Origin: Promethearchaeota archaeon | Lineage (GTDB): Archaea; Asgardarchaeota; Lokiarchaeia; Sigyniarchaeales; SOKP01 | DNA length: 63,703 nucleotides | Assembly (NCBI GenBank): GCA_011364975.1 | Contig: RDOE01000008.1 | Coordinates: 1 to 63,703, forward strand | Reading direction: 5' to 3' | In this document: positions 58,300-63,703 of the stretch, piece by piece | Numbering within the stretch: position 1 is the stretch's first letter | Layout: each line of letters opens with the position of its first letter | Translations under genes and position numbers: made by a program | Notes under the pieces: model-generated | Databases searched by the model: none | Seen by the model: only the letters and a program-made list of their open reading frames with translations | What the model was told of the DNA's origin: nothing

Positions 58300-59988
58300 T
58301 TGATAATAATGAGTGAAAATTTACAATTTATTTATAAAGAGGAATTTTGGTATGTCAGTGCCTTTATAAATTCAGCTATTTTTAATGCATTTGCTAAAAG
58401 TAAGGAAATTGAGTCGCTTATATTAAATAAGTTAAAAAGTTTAATAGAAAATGATATCTATAGAAAGGAACTTAGAAAAGATATTTTAGATATTACAAAA
58501 AATATTACTCTTCAATGCAAATGGGTACCATATATAGAAAATTTTCCTTATAAAGATGAAAATTCAGAGAGACAATTCGATACTATAGGATATTTTCAGT
58601 TTGACGTAGAGTATTTCAAAGATAATCCCGTTCGAAAAGAAAACCTAAATCCAATGTTAATTCAACAAGTACCATATATTCTACTAACTATTTTAAAAGA
58701 TTTTGCTGATAAAGAAGAAAATGAGGGTTTATTTTTAGATATTGAAAGTCCTATATTTATCTTTGTTACATCCAATAGAACATTACCTTCCGAGATTGTA
58801 TGGAATCCCGCTAATATAGAAAAATACAAGAAAATCATAAGTTATTGGACAGAAATATATTCAGGACAATGGGATGATTATTCTGAAACTCTTTTTAATA
58901 AAAGAATTGAAAATAATTTATCTAACCGTCTTTCAGAATTGCATTATATTAGAAGGAATTCAGGATTTATATATATGGCAAACGAAAATTATAAAAATTT
59001 CTTTGAATCATATATGAAGCCATTCGTCTTAGATCCAACCCCAAAAATGAGAGCTGTATTATTCGCTTTGAGATCAATAAACGAATCGTTAGATCTGTTA
59101 TTCTTAAAAACCCAATCAGAATTGTTTCAAGATTTAACCACAATTGAGAAAAAAATCAAAAATCTTAGATTATTAAGAGGTTTAATTCAAACAAATTTGA
59201 GCATAATCTATAATGAATTAGATTACAATAGAAGACAACATTATACAAGCATCTTGAAATATCTTTTAAATGAGTTTGAGATTGAAGATATCGTAAATCG
59301 AATAAACCAAAAATTTGATACTATCTATGCTGCGATTCAAGACCTATACCACAAAAAAAGCGAGGAAAATCAAGAAAGAACGGAGAGAGGTTTAAATTTA
59401 TTGAATTTATTATTTGGTGCGGGTATATTAGCTGATTTGGCTGGAGTGATTATGATCGCCTTAAATTTACAAGAAGGCGGGTTATTTTCAAATTTGTTAA
59501 ACGGATTTATATCATTAGTGATAATTGGTATCTTGTTTACAACGATATTTTATTACATTTATGTTAGGGTTCAATCAACTAAGTTAGATATTAGTCACGT
59601 AGTAGATGCAGTAATCGAAGATAATTATGGAAACGTGGTTTTAATTAAACGAAGATTTCCACCATTCCAAAATTATTATGCATTGCCTGGAGGCGCAATT
59701 GAAAAGGGAGAAAGCCCAAAAAAAGCTTTAATACGAGAAATTTATGAGGAAACTAACTTAAAAGTAAAAATCGAAAGAAAAATTAATGTCTATAAAAAAG
59801 AGGGAAGAGATCCAAGAGGAAACATTCATTCAACTGCTTATAAATGTAGTATTATTGGCGATTCAAGTTCTTTAAAGAGTGGAGATGATGCAAAAGAGGT
59901 TATATTAATCCATAAAAGTAAATTAAAAAATTATAAGCTAGCTTTCGATCATAAGGATATGATTAAAGATGCTAATTTAATTGAATAA
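58300..59988 (+). CDS. CorA-like helical/2-TM membrane protein fused to a C-terminal NUDIX hydrolase
   Basis: Soluble N-domain, long stalk helix, two TM segments, then Nudix box GGAIEKGESPKKALIREIYEETNL, RDPRG, GDDA, LAFDH. Confidence 0.85.
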   Translation: MIIMSENLQFIYKEEFWYVSAFINSAIFNAFAKSKEIESLILNKLKSLIENDIYRKELRKDILDITKNITLQCKWVPYIENFPYKDENSERQFDTIGYFQFDVEYFKDNPVRKENLNPMLIQQVPYILLTILKDFADKEENEGLFLDIESPIFIFVTSNRTLPSEIVWNPANIEKYKKIISYWTEIYSGQWDDYSETLFNKRIENNLSNRLSELHYIRRNSGFIYMANENYKNFFESYMKPFVLDPTPKMRAVLFALRSINESLDLLFLKTQSELFQDLTTIEKKIKNLRLLRGLIQTNLSIIYNELDYNRRQHYTSILKYLLNEFEIEDIVNRINQKFDTIYAAIQDLYHKKSEENQERTERGLNLLNLLFGAGILADLAGVIMIALNLQEGGLFSNLLNGFISLVIIGILFTTIFYYIYVRVQSTKLDISHVVDAVIEDNYGNVVLIKRRFPPFQNYYALPGGAIEKGESPKKALIREIYEETNLKVKIERKINVYKKEGRDPRGNIHSTAYKCSIIGDSSSLKSGDDAKEVILIHKSKLKNYKLAFDHKDMIKDANLIE

Positions 59989-60086
59989 GATACTTTCTTT
60001 CTTTTTCTTTTCAAAATCTTCTTATACTTTATCGTATTTTTCAAATGCAGAATTGAATTTATAGGTGTTTAGATATAACGATTATA

Positions 60087-60617
60087 ATGCCCTGTCCTAG
60101 GACTGGAAAGATACCAAAGATACATGAAACTGCGTATATTGCCCCAACCGCCGTAATAATTGGGGATGTGATAATTGGTGAGAGAAGTAATATATGGTTT
60201 GGAGCAGTATTAAGAGGCGATTTTGGTTCTATTGAAATAGGTAAAAATACAAGCATTCAAGAAAATACAACAATTCATATGGAAGCTGGTACTTTTGTAA
60301 AAATTGGAGATAATTGTATTATTGGTCATCACGCAATGATTCATGGTCCTTGTACTATTGGAAACGGATGCTTAATCGGTATCGGATCAAATATATTACA
60401 TCGATCGACTCTGGGAGATGGAGTAACTGTTGGCGCAGGAGCTGTTGTTTTAGGTAAGGAATTTCCTTCAAGATGCCTGGTAGTAGGCATTCCCGCTGAT
60501 TTAAAGAAATCTCTTCCTCAAAAAGGAAAAATGGAAGGAGAAAAAACATCAGAGATGTACGCTGAAAACGGAAAATTATATAAAGATTTTTTTAGTAAAA
60601 ATCCAGAATTTTTCTAA
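60087..60617 (+). CDS. gamma carbonic anhydrase family (hexapeptide repeat) protein
   Basis: IIGDV.IG, WFGAVLRGD, IQEN..IH, IGH..MIHG. Confidence 0.93.
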   Translation: MPCPRTGKIPKIHETAYIAPTAVIIGDVIIGERSNIWFGAVLRGDFGSIEIGKNTSIQENTTIHMEAGTFVKIGDNCIIGHHAMIHGPCTIGNGCLIGIGSNILHRSTLGDGVTVGAGAVVLGKEFPSRCLVVGIPADLKKSLPQKGKMEGEKTSEMYAENGKLYKDFFSKNPEFF

Positions 60618-60798
60618 CTTTTATTTTTTTCTTTTGAATAAAAAAGTTTAATTTTTCATAAATAGTACCTTGGTGTTATATATTTTTAATATAAATAGAA
60701 GTGCAGTGATAATAACTCTAAAATATTTATATATTTAAAACTACTTAGATATAAATATATACTATAATTCAGAAATCAAATTGTATTGGTGAAAAATC

Positions 60799-61320
60799 AT
60801 GAATTTTTTTAAAAGCTTTTTAATAACAATTTTAGTTTATTTAGGATTAAACACCGTATTTGTCTTAACTGCCGTATACACTACAACTGGATTTCCAACT
60901 TCAGATGTCTTACTAATTGTAGCCTTAATATTTGCGCCATCATCTTTTTTTCCTGCTGAAGTTTGGGCTACAAATGGAATTGTCCAATTAATAAATACCA
61001 CAAATTTTGTAACCGATTTCATGGTTTTCATAGGAGCTATAGTTCCCCCTTTAGTTGCTATTATTCTCGCTTCATTTCTTGCTGAAAGTCCTAAAGAAAG
61101 TGTAGCAGCATGGGGTTTTACAGTGATTATATCATGTATTATATATGCTATACTATATGCTATTGGGCAGACTTACTCTACTATTCTTAATATAAGCTGG
61201 GTTGCCGATATGATATCGTATGGTGCATTCGGAACCATTTTGGTTGTGCTTATAGGAGGAGTTGCTAATTTCTTTTTCTATGGATGCATCGCATTTTTAA
61301 TTTCAAGGAAAGGATTATAA
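60799..61320 (+). CDS. hypothetical membrane protein (~5 TM)
   Basis: Predominantly hydrophobic 173-aa ORF. Confidence 0.7.
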   Translation: MNFFKSFLITILVYLGLNTVFVLTAVYTTTGFPTSDVLLIVALIFAPSSFFPAEVWATNGIVQLINTTNFVTDFMVFIGAIVPPLVAIILASFLAESPKESVAAWGFTVIISCIIYAILYAIGQTYSTILNISWVADMISYGAFGTILVVLIGGVANFFFYGCIAFLISRKGL

Positions 61321-61356
61321 ATTAAATATATATCTTTTTTTTCTCTCATTTTTTTC

Positions 61357-62088
61357 TTATTTTGAGCATATACAATTATCACTTTTTACTACATCAATAA
61401 TATTGAAACTAATGTCTAATAAATTAACCATTAGTAGTTTATTCTCTAAATTAGGTAGCGCAAGTGTTGTTTTAATAACTTCCAAAGCTTGCAAAGTTCC
61501 TAAAATGCCTGGGGTGACTCCAATTACTGGTAGTGGACCTTCCATAGAATTATCTGTTACCGGTGGTGAAAATATACACTGATAACAGGCTGTTTTTTTT
61601 GGTTTGATGGTAATTATTTGACCAAAAAAATCCTTAATCCCTGCAATTACACAATTTAAATTGTGCTTTATAGCCGTCTGATTTACTAAAAATTTTGTGG
61701 CAAAATTATCGCTACAGTCAACAATAAAATCTTGTTTATTGATATATTTATCTATAGTTTCATATGATATCAAATCTTTATAAACATTAACCTCCACATC
61801 AGAATTTAATTTGGAAAGAACACTTTTAGCAGCTGTTACTTTTTCCATCCCAATTTGAGTTTCATTATACAAGATTTGTCGTTGAAGATTTGAAAGTGAG
61901 ACGGTGTCATTATCTATTATAGTTAATTCCTTAATTCCCGCCGCAACTAGATAATAAGCAAAAGGAGACCCTAACCCTCCAGCCCCTATTTGTAAGACTC
62001 TTACCTTTGATATTTTTTTCTGCCCTTCCTCTCCTATAGAAGGAGATAATATCTGGCGTGAATACCTTTCTTTCTCTCTTTCATCCAA
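61357..62088 (-). CDS. ThiF/MoeB/E1-like adenylyltransferase
   Basis: RYSRQI, GAGGLG, D.D.VSLSNLQRQ, DCSDNF, CYQC. Confidence 0.93.
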   Translation of the reverse strand: MDEREKERYSRQILSPSIGEEGQKKISKVRVLQIGAGGLGSPFAYYLVAAGIKELTIIDNDTVSLSNLQRQILYNETQIGMEKVTAAKSVLSKLNSDVEVNVYKDLISYETIDKYINKQDFIVDCSDNFATKFLVNQTAIKHNLNCVIAGIKDFFGQIITIKPKKTACYQCIFSPPVTDNSMEGPLPVIGVTPGILGTLQALEVIKTTLALPNLENKLLMVNLLDISFNIIDVVKSDNCICSK

Positions 62089-62103
62089 ATTTTATCCACT
62101 TTC

Positions 62104-62466
62104 TTATATTGAATTAATATTTTTAATAAACTCTTCTATTTCAATTAATACTAACCCTAAATCTATATTAATTTCAATTAGAGTTGCTAAGATAATTTCC
62201 TCATTTAATGTGAAAATGATTAATTGGTACTCCTCAAATTCAGCCGTTATATTCAGAATTTTATCATTAATTGTTGCTGAGGCTGCTTCCATTGAGCCAA
62301 AAAGAGTTGCTACCATAGCTCCAAATTTTCTTTCATCAAAGTCTCTAGGTAATCGAGAGTTCATTATTAAACCATTTTTATTGATTAATGCACTCCCAAT
62401 TAATCCGCTTACTGCTTCAAGCTTTTCTAACTTTTTATTAAACAACTCGTTGCTTATATAGATCAC
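62104..62466 (-). CDS. Roadblock/LC7 domain protein
   Basis: GLIGSALINKNGLIMNS, FGAMVATLFG, LGLVLIEI. Confidence 0.88.
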   Translation of the reverse strand: MIYISNELFNKKLEKLEAVSGLIGSALINKNGLIMNSRLPRDFDERKFGAMVATLFGSMEAASATINDKILNITAEFEEYQLIIFTLNEEIILATLIEINIDLGLVLIEIEEFIKNINSI

Positions 62467-62590
62467 TCTTTAAATTACTGATTATATCAATTTAAGTTTA
62501 TTAGGATATTACAAATTAAGAGAGATTTGTATAAAAAATAAACTGTTTTAACTTGAATAAACTAATTTAATAAATCAGGGATAATATATC

Positions 62591-62791
62591 TTATCTGGCA
62601 AAACCTTTATTTCCATTAAATGCTGGAAATCTATTTCTCCATCCCGGCTGTCTTAACTTTGCAGTTTTACCAAAACCACAAAATGAGCAGAATCTTTTTT
62701 GCCTATGATAACTATGTCTACCACATCTTCTACAAGTCTTATGACTAGCGGCTTTATTCTTTTTTCCCTTACTTGGAGTTCCTTTTCCCAT
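62591..62791 (-). CDS. rpl37e: 50S ribosomal protein L37e
   Basis: MGKGTPS.GKKN, H..CRRCGRHSYH, CSFCGFG. Confidence 0.97.
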   Translation of the reverse strand: MGKGTPSKGKKNKAASHKTCRRCGRHSYHRQKRFCSFCGFGKTAKLRQPGWRNRFPAFNGNKGFAR

Positions 62792-62810
62792 AAAATCACC
62801 TTAGTTAAAT

Positions 62811-63134
62811 TTACCCTTCCTCGTATTCTTCTCTATACATTAGTTTATCATGAATTTCTTCATCTTCTTCTTCTTCAGCTAATACAATTTTTTCTCTATC
62901 TTGGCCAATAAATATTACTGATGCTCCTCTGATCATAACTGTACCTAAATCTTTACTTCTCTTTCCACCTCGACCAAAATAAATTTCTTTTGCATCATCC
63001 ACTATTAAATTCATATAGTTATCAAATCTGACTAATCGACCAGTTAAATATGTATTCCAAATCTTTAACTTTATACGAACTTCTGGTTTAAGAATTGCTT
63101 TACTTAGTGTTCTTGAAATCGTTTGCTGACTCAT
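62811..63134 (-). CDS. Sm/LSm family RNA-binding protein with acidic C-terminal extension
   Basis: Sm1 G.L..FD.YMNL..D.A.E and Sm2 LG.VMIRG; conserved position upstream of rpl37e. Confidence 0.92.
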   Translation of the reverse strand: MSQQTISRTLSKAILKPEVRIKLKIWNTYLTGRLVRFDNYMNLIVDDAKEIYFGRGGKRSKDLGTVMIRGASVIFIGQDREKIVLAEEEEDEEIHDKLMYREEYEEG

Positions 63135-63250
63135 TTTGAAATCACTCTAAATTCGAATCGAATATAATACTGAATGAAGAAAAATATAAATATTTTTTTA
63201 AATTGCAAAGGATTTAATTCTACTGTAAAAGTTTTTTCTAAGATTCTATT

Positions 63251-63703
63251 ATGAAAAAAATCGGGATATTTGACGCTGGTGTAGAGACACCAGAAGAGAT
63301 CATTATGGCCGCAGGATTTACTCCTTATAGGTTATTTGGTGACCCAAATATAGAACCTGACAAAGCAAATGAACATATTCCCCCCACTCATTGTCTTTGG
63401 ACACGAAACTTGCTTGAACAAGCGATTAGTGGGCTTGATCCAGATATAGTTGGTTTAATTGCCACTCATGGATGTGATAGGACAAATAGAGAGTTTGATA
63501 TTTGGTTTGAATGTGTAAATTTTGAGTTTATGTTTTTTTTAAATTCACCAAGAAAACGAGATAAGTTATCGTTAGAATTTTTTATTGATGATTTAAAAGA
63601 ATTAATCACACAACTAGAAGCAAAATTTAAAGTTAAAATAACTAATGAAAAGATTGCTCAAGCTATTGTGAAAATGAATAATATACGAATTTTACTAAAA
63701 AAG
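63251..63703 (+). CDS. 2-hydroxyacyl-CoA dehydratase / benzoyl-CoA reductase subunit (HgdA/B family), partial
   Basis: Manual translation MKKIGIFDAGVETPEEIIMAAGFTPYRL...HC...HGCD...LKELITQLE; runs off the window end. Confidence 0.8.
   Translation, partial: MKKIGIFDAGVETPEEIIMAAGFTPYRLFGDPNIEPDKANEHIPPTHCLWTRNLLEQAISGLDPDIVGLIATHGCDRTNREFDIWFECVNFEFMFFLNSPRKRDKLSLEFFIDDLKELITQLEAKFKVKITNEKIAQAIVKMNNIRILLKK

Noticed and set aside
1-63703. tRNA/rRNA genes, transposases, selenoprotein readthrough
   Set aside because: No GC-rich cloverleaf or rRNA-like segments, no transposase or integrase ORFs, and no gene obviously interrupted by an in-frame TGA was seen by eye

Overview
AT-rich, gene-dense archaeal chromosomal segment that is almost certainly from an Asgard archaeon (Lokiarchaeia-like). 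The evidence is an actin-family protein, a Rab-like GTPase, two longin-like proteins, a Roadblock/LC7 protein, a eukaryote-type ubiquitin-like protein, an Rpn11/CSN5-like JAMM protease and a Loki-type LRR protein, alongside archaeal markers (rpl37e-Sm, SepCysS, PINA, tRNA splicing endonuclease). Housekeeping genes include guaB, purH, folD and nadA. I saw no rRNA, tRNA, CRISPR array or transposase. The most notable items are: (1) a CorA-like 2-TM membrane protein fused to an intact ADP-ribose-type NUDIX domain (a possible 'chanzyme'); (2) a sirtuin with the eukaryotic class IV (SIRT6/7) architecture; (3) an actin-related protein with a large four-CxxC zinc-ribbon insertion; (4) a dispersed ubiquitin/proteasome-lid-like toolkit (Ubl-GG-K, JAMM-TPR next to a C2HC zinc-finger protein, a PCI-like protein, a HEAT plus tandem winged-helix UFL1-like protein, an E1-like enzyme); (5) a catalytically degenerate splicing endonuclease subunit and a DRG-type GTPase with altered G motifs flanked by longins. 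All family calls come from motif recognition by eye; no database searches were run.
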